64,000 nt of DNA, taken from NCBI GenBank assembly GCA_964456285.1, contig CAYWBC010000014.1:1-64000 (forward strand), in the 5' to 3' direction. Made by a program: the position numbers and the translations under genes. Below, in pieces: positions 1 to 10,700 of this stretch. The first letter of the stretch is position 1. Each line of letters begins with the position of its first letter. The notes beneath the pieces are model-generated. The model made no database searches and was not told the origin of the DNA. It saw only the letters and a program-made list of their open reading frames with translations. The DNA is from an uncultured Bacteroidales bacterium. Lineage in GTDB: Bacteria; Bacteroidota; Bacteroidia; Bacteroidales; UBA10428.

Positions 1-1571
1 AACTAAAACTTATCCGCGAAGGTGAAGTGCGTTTTCTGAGAGCCATGTACTATTGGCATATCGTTGAAACATGGGGTGCGGTTGCTTTTTATACAGATCC
101 CATTACATCACCCGAGGTGGAGATGCATCGTTCCGGTCTGGAGGTATTTTATATTCAAATCTTTGATGACCTTGATATTGCTGTGCAACTTCTACCTGCT
201 TCAGTTTCCAGTGCTGATTATGGCAGGGCAACCAGATATGCTGCACTGGCATTGCGGGCAAGAGCACACTTAACATGGGCAGCACAATACATGTCGGGAA
301 ATTCCTATGATGGAGTTACCTATAGTGCAATAAACGAGGCAAACCATTACCAGCAGGCAATTAACGATGCCAATGAAGTTATTACTAACGGTGGATTTGA
401 GCTATACGATGATTACAGCGATATATGGCTCATGGATAATAATAACAGTGCAGATAAAAATACTGAAAGTATATGGGCCATAAATTATTCAGGTTCCGAA
501 TACGCTATTTTAAATCTCGCTCCACTTGATTATGACTATTTGAATGAAAACGATCCAAAACCTTTGAGTGAACGTGAAGGCGGTAATCATGGTCATTTGA
601 TGTTTGGTATGCGCTGGTTTGCTGTTGGAGGCACAAATACAGTTTTGGTCAAAGACGATGGCGATGATATTACTGCTACCGAGCCAACCCGTCCTTTCTG
701 CCGCTATATGCCCACTAAATTCCTTATTGACCTGTATGATGAAAGTGTTGATGAACGCTTTAATGGTTCTTTCAATAATACATTCTTTGCAAACAATCCG
801 GATACAGCTGATTATCCTGTATGGAACACAACCGAAGTATTGGGCAATGGAACTGAGGAGACAATACCTGTCGAATTGGTTGGCGAACGTATACTGAACA
901 TAGGTGATACAGCCTTTCACTTAACAAAAGAAACAATTCCTGATGATATGTATTATGTAAGAATGATTGGTTCAAATCCATGGTATATTCATAAAACAAA
1001 AAACTATTATGTTCTTGACATGGATAATATGTATGAAGCAGATGGTACCATCAAAACAGATGAAACGAATTTACGAAGATCATATTTTGATCTTCAGAAA
1101 TGGTATGATTATACACGACCTCATAATGGTGCAAATCAGGACATTGTAGGTTCACAAAGGGGAAAACGCGATTTTATTGTTTTCCGATTGCCTGAAATGT
1201 ACTATATTATTGCTGAGGCAAGTTTAGGAATGGGTGATCAGCAGCAAGCCTACGATTACCTTGAGGATTTAGCTGACAAACGATCATTCAACGGAAATGG
1301 AGCAGCAATGATGCAGGCATACGGAGTTAGTGGCCCGGGAGATATCGATATTGATTGGATATTGGATGATAAAGCGCGTGAGTTTGCCGGTGAGCAGCAC
1401 CGCTGGTTCGATCTGAAACGTACAGGAAAAACCCTGGAACGAATTCGTGCTAATAATCCCGATGCATCTGCGAATATCGAGGAAAAACACCTTATTCGTC
1501 CTATTCCTCAAATCGAATTAGATGCTATCGAAAACGGAGAAGATTTTCTTAGTGGTTGGGGTATCTATTAG
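1..1571 (+). CDS. RagB/SusD family nutrient-uptake outer membrane protein, C-terminal part (5' end cut by window edge)
   Basis: The frame is open from nt 3 to the stop at 1571 and the protein is about 514 aa. The C-terminal motif ...GEQHRWFDLKRTGK... is typical of SusD-like proteins. The neighbourhood is a polysaccharide-utilisation context (GH28, CE12). Confidence 0.8.
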   Translation, partial: LKLIREGEVRFLRAMYYWHIVETWGAVAFYTDPITSPEVEMHRSGLEVFYIQIFDDLDIAVQLLPASVSSADYGRATRYAALALRARAHLTWAAQYMSGNSYDGVTYSAINEANHYQQAINDANEVITNGGFELYDDYSDIWLMDNNNSADKNTESIWAINYSGSEYAILNLAPLDYDYLNENDPKPLSEREGGNHGHLMFGMRWFAVGGTNTVLVKDDGDDITATEPTRPFCRYMPTKFLIDLYDESVDERFNGSFNNTFFANNPDTADYPVWNTTEVLGNGTEETIPVELVGERILNIGDTAFHLTKETIPDDMYYVRMIGSNPWYIHKTKNYYVLDMDNMYEADGTIKTDETNLRRSYFDLQKWYDYTRPHNGANQDIVGSQRGKRDFIVFRLPEMYYIIAEASLGMGDQQQAYDYLEDLADKRSFNGNGAAMMQAYGVSGPGDIDIDWILDDKAREFAGEQHRWFDLKRTGKTLERIRANNPDASANIEEKHLIRPIPQIELDAIENGEDFLSGWGIY

Positions 1572-1770
1572 TCTGATTATTTAAAAATAACTTAAGGGAG
1601 GCTGTCATAAAATGATAGCCTCTCTTTTTGTTTATCAGGATATTTGAGTCTTGATCATTGAAGCTTCAGCTTCAATATTCATACTATCGTTCGTGAAAAT
1701 GCTACACCTGCTTATCCCGGACATCCTTAGTTTCCTCCTTTATTGATTAGATCAACTAAGTTTCAAGCTC

Positions 1771-3099
1771 TTATTCAATCATGTGATTGTTCACTTTTAC
1801 ATTTTTTAAGCTCACACCCTGTATCATATCTCTGTCAAAAGTATCATTCTGTGCAACAATGTTTAAATTTTCAAAAGTGAAGTTGCTCAAATGGTCGTTT
1901 TCAGTTATTTTGACATCAAAAAAAAGTTCACATTGTAACTGGATGTTCTTCAGACTGATATTATCTGAATAAGACTGAGGCACATCCTTACGTCCTTTTA
2001 AATCGAAGAATTGTGTCCATGGTTTAATATATATAAGACTATGTGCTTGTCCATTAATATTTTCGATCGTAAAAAATTCGTATTTCTGGGGTGTATCAGG
2101 CCTCATTTTAAACCATAGTACACGCATGGCCTCGCTAATATGACAATCACGCATTATTACATTCTTGTTATGAATGGATTCGCTCCCACATGTCAGTGCC
2201 GAATGGCAAAATCCAAATTCGCAGTCTTCGATTAAAATATTGGTGTTTTCACCATTGCAGGTATCTTTATCTGCCCAAGGGCCCTTTCCTCCCTTAAGAG
2301 CAATGGCATCGTCGTTTACTGAAAGGAAACAGCCCTTTACAAGAACATTTGAGCAGACATCGATGTCAATGGCATCAGTGCTGGGGGCTTTTATCGGATC
2401 TCGAGGCGAAAATATATATAAGTCAATTAGTTTAATATTATTGCATTTATAATAATGACTTGTCCAAAAACCGGCATTAATCAATTTTACATCCTGTAAC
2501 TGAATGTTGTTGCAGTCTCGAATAAATACTAATCGAGGCCTTGATACTTCAAGATTTGTGCAGTTCTTATTTTCTGTTCTGCGTTGCCAAAATGCTTTCC
2601 AGAAATTCAAACCATTGCCATTAATTGTACCTTTCCCCGAAATGGTAAAACCATCTACGCCATAGGCATTAATCAAAGCAACAAAATAATCTAAGCACTG
2701 TCCTTCCATTCTTGATGGAAGTTTAGGATAATCATCAATATTGTCAGAACCTTTTAATACGGCACCTTCAGCAACATACAAATGTGTTTTAGGTTTAAAA
2801 AACAAAGCCCCGCTAACAAAAACTCCCTGAGGGATTACAACCACTCCACCGCCTTGTTTGCTGGCTTCGTTTATCGTTTTTTGAATTGCAGAGGTTTGGA
2901 TAATAGTACTGTCATGTATTGCTCCAAAATCGGTGATGACAAATTGATCACCAAGGTCTTTTAACTCAATTTTCTTTGAATCTAAAAACCATTCAGGGAT
3001 TTTAGTCCCATCAGGAAATACATTATCGGTATTTTTCTGACACAATGAATTGACGCTTAAAGCCAGGAGGCAAATAGCTAATAAAAAGAGGTTTTTCAT
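1771..3099 (-). CDS. glycoside hydrolase family 28-like (polygalacturonase/rhamnogalacturonase-type right-handed beta-helix)
   Basis: The 442-aa ORF starts at the second Met, which gives the signal peptide MKNLFLLAICLLALSVNSLCQ. GH28-type motifs are present: TDAIDID, NDDAIALKGG and a C..G.CHS.LTCGSE block. Confidence 0.7.
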   Translation of the reverse strand: MKNLFLLAICLLALSVNSLCQKNTDNVFPDGTKIPEWFLDSKKIELKDLGDQFVITDFGAIHDSTIIQTSAIQKTINEASKQGGGVVVIPQGVFVSGALFFKPKTHLYVAEGAVLKGSDNIDDYPKLPSRMEGQCLDYFVALINAYGVDGFTISGKGTINGNGLNFWKAFWQRRTENKNCTNLEVSRPRLVFIRDCNNIQLQDVKLINAGFWTSHYYKCNNIKLIDLYIFSPRDPIKAPSTDAIDIDVCSNVLVKGCFLSVNDDAIALKGGKGPWADKDTCNGENTNILIEDCEFGFCHSALTCGSESIHNKNVIMRDCHISEAMRVLWFKMRPDTPQKYEFFTIENINGQAHSLIYIKPWTQFFDLKGRKDVPQSYSDNISLKNIQLQCELFFDVKITENDHLSNFTFENLNIVAQNDTFDRDMIQGVSLKNVKVNNHMIE

Positions 3100-3517
3100 A
3101 TTTATGCAATTATCGTTAAAGAATGAATTATTAATCTTCATTTAATGATTTGATCAATAAATATAGTGTTTTCAGGCAAGTCTGTAATTTACATGCATAA
3201 GGTTTTAAAAAATAATCCTGGTTATAATGTTAGATCAGGTGAAACATTCTATTTAGATGCTTCTCAAGACACATAGTTCACCAACTCTTTTGAAATGAAT
3301 TTAGCTTTAACCGACGACAATTTTATCTGTCTGGACGAGTCAGCATTAATGTTACCCCGAAAAACAGTAGCCTGCCCGATATCGACTTTATGCATATAGC
3401 GCCTTCCAGCGCCCTTATGGATGCAGGAACTGATATTGGATTTCCATTTTTTGGTACTGAGCCTGAACCCGGGACTTTCGAGCAATCCTTACAATATAAC
3501 TTGGTGTTGAATCCTTA

Positions 3518-3742
3518 GAACAAATAACCGGTATTGTATATCCCAATCCTGCAAAAGATGTGTTGTTCATAAAGGATATAACAATTGAATAAGAATGGAT
3601 CACTGATATTTCCGGAAGGCAACAAGCGATAACTGTTTATGAAAACTCTATTGACGTTTCCAAATTAGGAAACGCTTTATATGTTTTGAAAGTTTTTGCC
3701 AATCAAAATAGAAGCCCTAAAAAAAATATAATACTTAGATAA
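3518..3742 (+). pseudogene. relic of a T9SS (Por) C-terminal sorting domain with one in-frame TAA; no upstream body
   Basis: A single frame reads EQITGIVYPNPAKDVLFIKDITIE*EWITDISGRQQAITVYENSIDVSKLGNALYVLKVFANQNRSPKKNIILR*. This matches the CTD pattern (YPNPa.d.l.i ... iyd..G ... sidvs.L..G.Y.lkv ... K.i.). A stop sits at 3497-3499 upstream and there is no start or catalytic part. The in-frame stop is at 3590-3592. Confidence 0.55.
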
Positions 3743-3891
3743 AGCATTCATAATCCCAATGAAAAGGTAAATATCCGATCTGAAAAAAATATTAATCCCG
3801 AAAATATAATAACAATTTTGGCATCTTTTTATTTTCAATTTACCTTTTGCTTTACTTTTTATTAATTTTAAATAAACTAAAATAAATTCAT

Positions 3892-5415
3892 ATGAAAAAG
3901 GGGATTAAAAGGGAGCTTAACTTCAATATCCTGTTTGCTGTATTTGTATTTACCTTATTGGTTAATCCGGTATATTCACAAGCTCATAAAGTAAGAATGG
4001 CCATGATGGGCAATAGTATAACCTATGGTGCCCAATTAACCAGTCCCGCTACTGAATGTTATCCGGCTCAATTAAGCGAAATGCTTTCAGGAATATATGG
4101 TGATACCTGCGAAATAATGAATTATGGAGTTTCTGGCCGAACCATGATGAGAAGTGCAGAAAACCCTTTATGGATAGAAAGTCAATTTATGTCTGCATTG
4201 CAATATGTTCCCGATATATGTTTGATCCTGTTGGGAACAAACGATAGTAAGCCTTATAGATGGGATGCCTGGGGCGATGAATTCCTTGATGATTACCTTG
4301 CCATGATTGATACCTTTAAATTCAGGAATCCCAATACAAAGTTCATTGCCTGTTATCCTCCACCAATATGGGAGGGACATCCATATGGTACAACTTTCGA
4401 AAACAGCCATAACGACAGTATTGTTGTGAACTGTGTAATGCCTGCTATTGATACGGTGGTTGAACAAACCGGAGCGATTTTGATCGATTTTCACACTCCT
4501 TTCGTGGATAGCCTTAATCTTTTCCCTGATAAATTGCATCCCAATGTTGAGGGTCAAAGGATGATGGCCGAAATATTATTTGATACAATAATTAAAACAG
4601 ACCTCATTCATCAGATTGAAACCGGACTGGCTTTTGTGTCAAGCTTTGATCAGGTAGAAACACCTATTGCTATTGGGGATAGCGTAGAACTCAGATGGGT
4701 CACTATTTTCGCCGATTCGGTATTTTTAAATGATGTTCTTGTAGAGCCTTCAGGCAACATCAAAATTATTGCTGAAGAAAACCAGGAATATACAATAACA
4801 GCCAAAGGCTCAAAAAATACTTCAGAATTTCCTCTAAAACTAAATACCTATATCGCTGAAGCAAGTAGTTTATCCATTTCAACTTCATCAGAGGATTATA
4901 GAAATGGTGAGTCTGTTTTTTTATATTCTGACATTATCGATCAATATGACAGAGTAATGTCTGAAAATACTAACGATGTTACATGGACCATTATTGAGGG
5001 TGAAGGCCAGTTTGGAGATCAAACGGATACATCCATTGTTTTCAATCCGGTTGCAGAAGGGAAAGTTGTAATCGAAGCAACGGAAGGAGAATTGTCCGGT
5101 CAAATAACTTTGTGGGTAATTTCTTTGACTTCAGCATTCCAAACTTCAAAAATCATTGATGTTAAGGTTTTTCCAAATCCGGTTAAAGATAACCTCTATT
5201 TTCAGTTGGAAAGCTTACAAGATAAAAACATTCAAGTCAAAGTATTTAATTTGTTGGGGGAACAGCTGCTGGAGCGAAACTACTATAATGAGGGTCAGGG
5301 TATTTCAGAGTTTAAACTTAATATTTCAGGCTTAAATCATGGTATTTATGTATATACTATTTTTGTTGATTCAGAAGTATTGTATGGACAATTTATAAAA
5401 TCTTCTGATCATTAA
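3892..5415 (+). CDS. SGNH/GDSL hydrolase (carbohydrate esterase-like) with T9SS C-terminal sorting domain
   Basis: A signal peptide is followed by the SGNH blocks MGNSITYG (block I), LGTNDSK (GxND) and DKLHPN (DxxH). The C-terminus (...KVFPNPVKDNLYFQLE...GIYVYTIFVDSEVLYGQFIK) is a typical Por secretion CTD. Confidence 0.75.
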   Translation: MKKGIKRELNFNILFAVFVFTLLVNPVYSQAHKVRMAMMGNSITYGAQLTSPATECYPAQLSEMLSGIYGDTCEIMNYGVSGRTMMRSAENPLWIESQFMSALQYVPDICLILLGTNDSKPYRWDAWGDEFLDDYLAMIDTFKFRNPNTKFIACYPPPIWEGHPYGTTFENSHNDSIVVNCVMPAIDTVVEQTGAILIDFHTPFVDSLNLFPDKLHPNVEGQRMMAEILFDTIIKTDLIHQIETGLAFVSSFDQVETPIAIGDSVELRWVTIFADSVFLNDVLVEPSGNIKIIAEENQEYTITAKGSKNTSEFPLKLNTYIAEASSLSISTSSEDYRNGESVFLYSDIIDQYDRVMSENTNDVTWTIIEGEGQFGDQTDTSIVFNPVAEGKVVIEATEGELSGQITLWVISLTSAFQTSKIIDVKVFPNPVKDNLYFQLESLQDKNIQVKVFNLLGEQLLERNYYNEGQGISEFKLNISGLNHGIYVYTIFVDSEVLYGQFIKSSDH

Positions 5416-5685
5416 TATTTATTCAAGATAAACCTCTTTGCTCGCTCGGTTTTATTCATCTCATGCAGATAGCTGTCAGAATCAAATCTCAAAAAATCAC
5501 AATGATATTCCTTTGAGTAGTTTGGTCAATTGACGTTGCTTAATCCGAATGTAAATAATGCCATGAATCAGGGAAAAAGATTTTTCTTACAGAGTTTTGG
5601 TTAAGGTTGGTATATTGAGCAACATTTACTACTTTCATCAATTTACCAGATTTAATTTTAAAATTAATTAGCAGAAAAAATACAA

Positions 5686-7311
5686 ATGAAACTACAACAT
5701 AATTTTGCAGGGCTTTTCTTTATCCTTCTTTTATTGAACATATTTATCACGCCCGCCGCAGCCGGAGAACCATGTGCATTATCAGAGAATACCACACCCA
5801 GGTTATTCATTGCCGGGAATTCAACCGCAAGCAACGGAGCTGAAAACGGCTGGGGCAGTCACCTCCAGAAGTATTTCAATCCTGACAAGTTGATAGTTGA
5901 AAACAGGGCACGTGCAGGGCGCAGCAGTCGCACATTCATCACTGAAGGTTTGTGGGACAGTCTTTGCAAAGATCTTAAACCCGGTGACTATGTGATCATT
6001 GAATTCGGTCACAACGATGCCGGAGAGATTAATGATAATCGTCGTGCACGTGGTTCCATCCCCGGCCTTGGTGAAGAAACACAGGAGATAAATAACCAGG
6101 TAACTGGAAATCATGAAGTGGTACACACCTTCGGATGGTATATGCGCAAAATGATCACCGAAACTAAAGCAAAAGGTGCCACACCCATTATACTGAGTAT
6201 GACAGCACGAAACGTTTGGACCGATGGAAAAATAGAAAGAGAAAACTTATTCTGTACTTTATCCCGGGAAGTAGCTTCCCAAACCCAGGTCACATTTATC
6301 GATTTACGAAATATGATTGCAGACCAGTACGAACTGCTCGGTCCCATTCGTGTTCGTGAGTTGTTCCCAATCGATCATACCCATACCGGCCCGGAAGGAG
6401 CCAATATCAACGCTGCTATAGTAGTATCTGGTCTTAAAGCCATTAATAGTCCATTGGAACAGATGTTGTCAGAAATTGGACAGCACGTCACTCCATATGG
6501 CCCCAATGTTATGGTAGAACAAGTCATGCAATGGATGACCTCCGTCTGGATGCCGGATGTACAGCCTAAATCTGATTCCACTAAACCAACTTTATTTGCA
6601 ATCGGTAATTCTACTGTACGAACCGGAACCAAGGGTGATGGAGCCAATGGACAATGGGGTTGGGGAGCTCCAATTGCCGACTTTTTTGACCGCTCAAATT
6701 TGAATGTAGAAAATTGCGCACTAGGTGGCACAAGTAGCCGGACTTTCCGCACTTTGGGTTTGTGGCAGGCTGTACTCGATAATGTCAAAGCAGGAGATTA
6801 TGTCATCATGCAGTTCGGACATAATGATGCCAGTCCAATAAACGATGATAGCAGGGCGCGCGGAACCATTAAGGGCAATGGCAATGATACTGTTGAAATC
6901 GATAATATGCTTACAGGCAAACACGAAGTCGTACATAGCTATGGATGGTACATTCGCCAATACATCAGGGAAATAAAAGCCAAAGGTGCTACGCCTGTTG
7001 TTTGTTCTCTGATTCCACGCAATCGTTGGACAGATGGTAAAGTAAACCGCTCGGTGAACAGTTATGCGCTTTGGGCAGAACAGGCAGCACAAACGGAAGA
7101 AGCCTATTTCATAGACCTGAACAAGTTGATATGCAATCACTATGACAGTGAAGGCCAGGAAAGAGTTACAGCACTTTACTTTGATGAAAGTGAAACAACG
7201 CATACCAATGCAATGGGAGCTCAAATGAACGCAAGATGTTTAGTGAAAGGCATCAAAACTCTTGATGGATTGGTTCTTGCTGACTTTCTGAAAATAGTCG
7301 AACCACAATGA
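5686..7311 (+). CDS. tandem two-domain rhamnogalacturonan acetylesterase-like protein (CE12 / SGNH hydrolase x2)
   Basis: After the signal peptide there are two internal repeats. Each has G-N-S-T...GWG (FIAGNSTASNGAENGWG and FAIGNSTVRTG...GQWGWG), a GHND block and a DxxH block (DHTHTG; ESETTHTN). GC is noticeably higher than in the flanks. Confidence 0.75.
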   Translation: MKLQHNFAGLFFILLLLNIFITPAAAGEPCALSENTTPRLFIAGNSTASNGAENGWGSHLQKYFNPDKLIVENRARAGRSSRTFITEGLWDSLCKDLKPGDYVIIEFGHNDAGEINDNRRARGSIPGLGEETQEINNQVTGNHEVVHTFGWYMRKMITETKAKGATPIILSMTARNVWTDGKIERENLFCTLSREVASQTQVTFIDLRNMIADQYELLGPIRVRELFPIDHTHTGPEGANINAAIVVSGLKAINSPLEQMLSEIGQHVTPYGPNVMVEQVMQWMTSVWMPDVQPKSDSTKPTLFAIGNSTVRTGTKGDGANGQWGWGAPIADFFDRSNLNVENCALGGTSSRTFRTLGLWQAVLDNVKAGDYVIMQFGHNDASPINDDSRARGTIKGNGNDTVEIDNMLTGKHEVVHSYGWYIRQYIREIKAKGATPVVCSLIPRNRWTDGKVNRSVNSYALWAEQAAQTEEAYFIDLNKLICNHYDSEGQERVTALYFDESETTHTNAMGAQMNARCLVKGIKTLDGLVLADFLKIVEPQ

Positions 7312-7792
7312 TTCTTTTGAGATAGAATTTGGTATCAGACGATCATCGAAAGATCAATCCAAAAGAATTTTGAAATTTATAATAGTTCAGACTTGCATAA
7401 CAGAATCAGCAATTTAATCGCATATACCCCAACAATGAATACTTTGCCTCTTCATCGAAATACACCGGAAGTTCTCAATTGTACTTAAATACACTGGGTA
7501 AGTTAGCACCCTTAATTATACTTAGCTTACCGCCTCCCTCCTACTCAATATTATGTCCATTATGCTGGCGTACCTCCTGACATTTTTACAAAAATCCTTA
7601 ATTTTTAAGCATTGTATTAGAAACTTATTGGGAAACTCTTGATAAATTCTTACTAAGTTGTATGGAATTTTTTATAACTTTCAATTCAAGCATGTTACGT
7701 TTATTATGAACATCAAATAAATAGTAAACCAAATAGATGTTCAATTTATTCTGGAAAATGAGTATTCTGAAGTAAATTTTAGTTACCATTTT

Positions 7793-10700
7793 ATGAGGAA
7801 CATAATCGCCATTGTCTGTATTTTATTTTATATGCCTTTTGTCCATGCTCAATTTCCGACTGATGTACACAGCCAGTATAAATTCAGGTATATTACAATA
7901 GATGATGGTTTATCACATAATTCAGTAAATAGAATCTGTGAAGATGATCATGGCTATATCTGGATAGGCACTAACCTGGGACTTAACAGGTTAAGCGGAA
8001 CAGAGATAAGAAATTATTTTCATGATCCTAAGGATCCGAATTCCCTGCCCGATCACAGGGTGTACGTTGTATTTTGTGATAGTCAGGGTACAGTATGGAT
8101 TGGCACAGATAATGGACTTTGCACATATCATGAGGGATTGGACGCTTTTATTCAGTTTAATAATCCCGTTCTGGAGAAAGGAATGTCATTTACCGATATT
8201 ACCGAAGATCGGGAAGGAAATATCTGGTTCGGAACCGGGCACGGATTATTTAAGTATAATATTAATACCGGTGACTTCAATAGCCTGGAAAGACATAATG
8301 CAGGACTACTTTCCACTGGTGTCTTCAGGATTTTAAACGTTGCAGATACTATGCTCTGGCTTGGGCTCTATCCTGAGGGTCTGTGCAGTTATAATATCAG
8401 ACTCAACAGTATAAGCACCTATCCTTGCAGAACAGAGGAGGGATACGATATCAACCAAAGAAGAATTGAACGGATCTTTAAGGACAAAAGAGGAGATTTT
8501 TGGTTTGGAACTTTCAACGATGGAGCCTATAAATATAGTTTGACCGACTCATCCTTTACCAGGTATGTAATTGATGAAGAGGATATCTATTCAACCAGGG
8601 TAAGAGCTTTCTTTGAGGATAATACTGGAAAATTCTTTGTAGGTACCCGTGCGGGACTTTACAGCTATGATGAATCAACAGGCAAATTTTATCTTTATGC
8701 CAGTTCAACACACGATTTCTCTCGGTTATCTTCAAACTCTGTTCTATTCAGTTTTATAGATCATACCATGGGGCTTTGGATAGGAACCATATACGGAGGA
8801 GTTAATTATACGAATCTTGAGACTAAACAATTTACAGCCTATACAAGCAAGAAAAATAATGCGTATTTTTTAAATAATCCGAGTGTTTTTGGAATGGATG
8901 AAGATGCTGAAGGGAATATTTATATCGGAACAGAAGGGGGAGTAAACATTCTTGATGCAAAAACTTCAACCTTTACATACTTGCAATACGATCCTGAGAA
9001 TAAAAATTCTTTAAGTTACAACGATGTTAAATCCATTGCCGTTGCACCCAATGGCGATTTTTGGGTAGGCACAAATAGGGGCGGATTAAACTTTTATGCA
9101 AAACGAGAAAATAAATTTCACTTGTTCAAAAATATACCTGGCGATACAAATTCTCTTCCCATCGATAGGATATACAATATTTTTCTTGACAGTAATGAAG
9201 ATATATACGTATTAAGTAATGTGGATAGGGAAAACAGGCCAAGCACCTTAAGCATATTAAGAAAAGGCAAAACATCATTTGAAAATTACCGGTCTGAATT
9301 CTCCAATGGAATCATTGAGGGCCCTGACAAGAATATTTACATCGGAACCCAGTTCGGTTTCTGTAAGTACGATAAAAAAAAGAAAAAATTCCATTTTTAT
9401 AAAAATGATACACTTATAGGTAACAGCGTGTCAGCTATTCACCTCGATAGGTTAGGAAGAATATGGATTGGCAGTAATAAGGGATTAGCAAGATATGACT
9501 TTGAAAAAAAAGAGTTTACGAGTTATGGAGAAAAAATTATTTACCCTGCCTATGATGTTACAGGGATACTAAGCGACAATCAGGATAATCTCTGGTTTTC
9601 AACAAACTCCGGACTGTTTAAACTATTGGGTGCAATTAATAAATCCATCGACTCTGTTTCTGTACGACTCTTTAATAAAGATGATGGATTGCCCGCTAAA
9701 GAATTTTTCTATAATGCATGTTTTCAGAATAAAAAGGGGGAGATGTTTTTTGGTGGCATCAATGGATTTGTCAGGTTTTATCCTGAGGAAATAACGGATA
9801 GCAAATACAAACCCAGAATTGTAATTTCGGATCTGATAATTGATGGGGAAATCGTTCGTGAGGGTGATATTGTTAACGGAGAGGTAATACTCACTGAATC
9901 CATTAACAATACAAATCAGATGAAGTTAAATTATAAAATAAAGGCATTTACACTCAAGTTTGATGCACTTTATTTCGCCAATCCTGAAAAAAATGGGTTT
10001 AAATATATATTGGAAAATTTCGATAATGACTGGCAGTTTTCAAATAACTACAATAATTCTGTTACTTATGCTAATCTTCTTCCGGGTGACTATACTTTCA
10101 GAATTTATGCAACGAATAATGATGTTGTGTTAAGTGAAAATCCTCAAATTCTTAAGATTAGAATCTTACCTCCGTTTTGGAAAACATGGATTTTTAGAAT
10201 AGCAGTTATTTTATCTCTTGCCCTTCTGGGATACTTCATTTATAAGTCAAGGATCAAAAAGTTTAAAATTCAGGAGAAGGCACTCAAAGATGCGGTAGAT
10301 AAGCATACCAAGGAGTTAAATGAATCCAACCTGGAACTAAAAGAACAAAAATATGAGATACTTTCTCAGAATAAAGAAATTCAATCACAAAACGAAGAAC
10401 TTTTCAGCCAAAGAGAATTAATTGAAGAGAAGAACAGTCTTCTTGAAGAAGCTGTTAAAAACCTTAATTCTCTTAACGATTTTGGGAGACACTTAACTTC
10501 AAATCTAAATATTGAAGTTGTTTACAAGATTATCGAACAGTATTTAAGTTCAATTCTGAAGATCGATATTATTGGTTTTGGAGTTTTGGATGAAAATAAA
10601 AATGAGATCAGCTTCACCTACTTTGGTGAGAAGGGAAAACTTATTCCCTTGTTCAGTAGCTCGTTAGATGACTCTACAAGTTTGGCGGCCTTTTGCTACA

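Noticed and set aside
3264-3603. Minus-strand ORFs 3264..3485 and 3415..3603 in the GH28/SGNH intergenic region
   Set aside because: Both are short, overlap each other and have no domain signal. The second lies antisense to the T9SS CTD relic, which gives a much better explanation of that DNA.
5821-7224. Antisense ORFs 5821..6126, 6111..6347, 6375..6788 and 6721..7224 on the minus strand
   Set aside because: They lie entirely inside the GC-richer CE12 gene, where stop codons are rare on all frames. They have no homology features and start at internal positions.
7312-7792. 480-bp gap upstream of the HTCS gene searched for a small RNA, tRNA or promoter
   Set aside because: I found no convincing tRNA-like GC-rich cloverleaf, no strong hairpins and no clear TTTG...TAnnTTTG Bacteroidetes promoter pair. 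A GC-rich CCGCCTCCCTCCTAC stretch is present but I cannot interpret it.
9374-9388. A8-G-A6 tract inside the HTCS gene as a slipped-strand phase-variation switch
   Set aside because: It encodes a Lys run (DKKKKKF) in a loop of the periplasmic domain. Comparable A7-A8 runs occur in several other genes here (for example 19841 and 37376), as expected for a roughly 35% GC genome. There is no evidence of variation.
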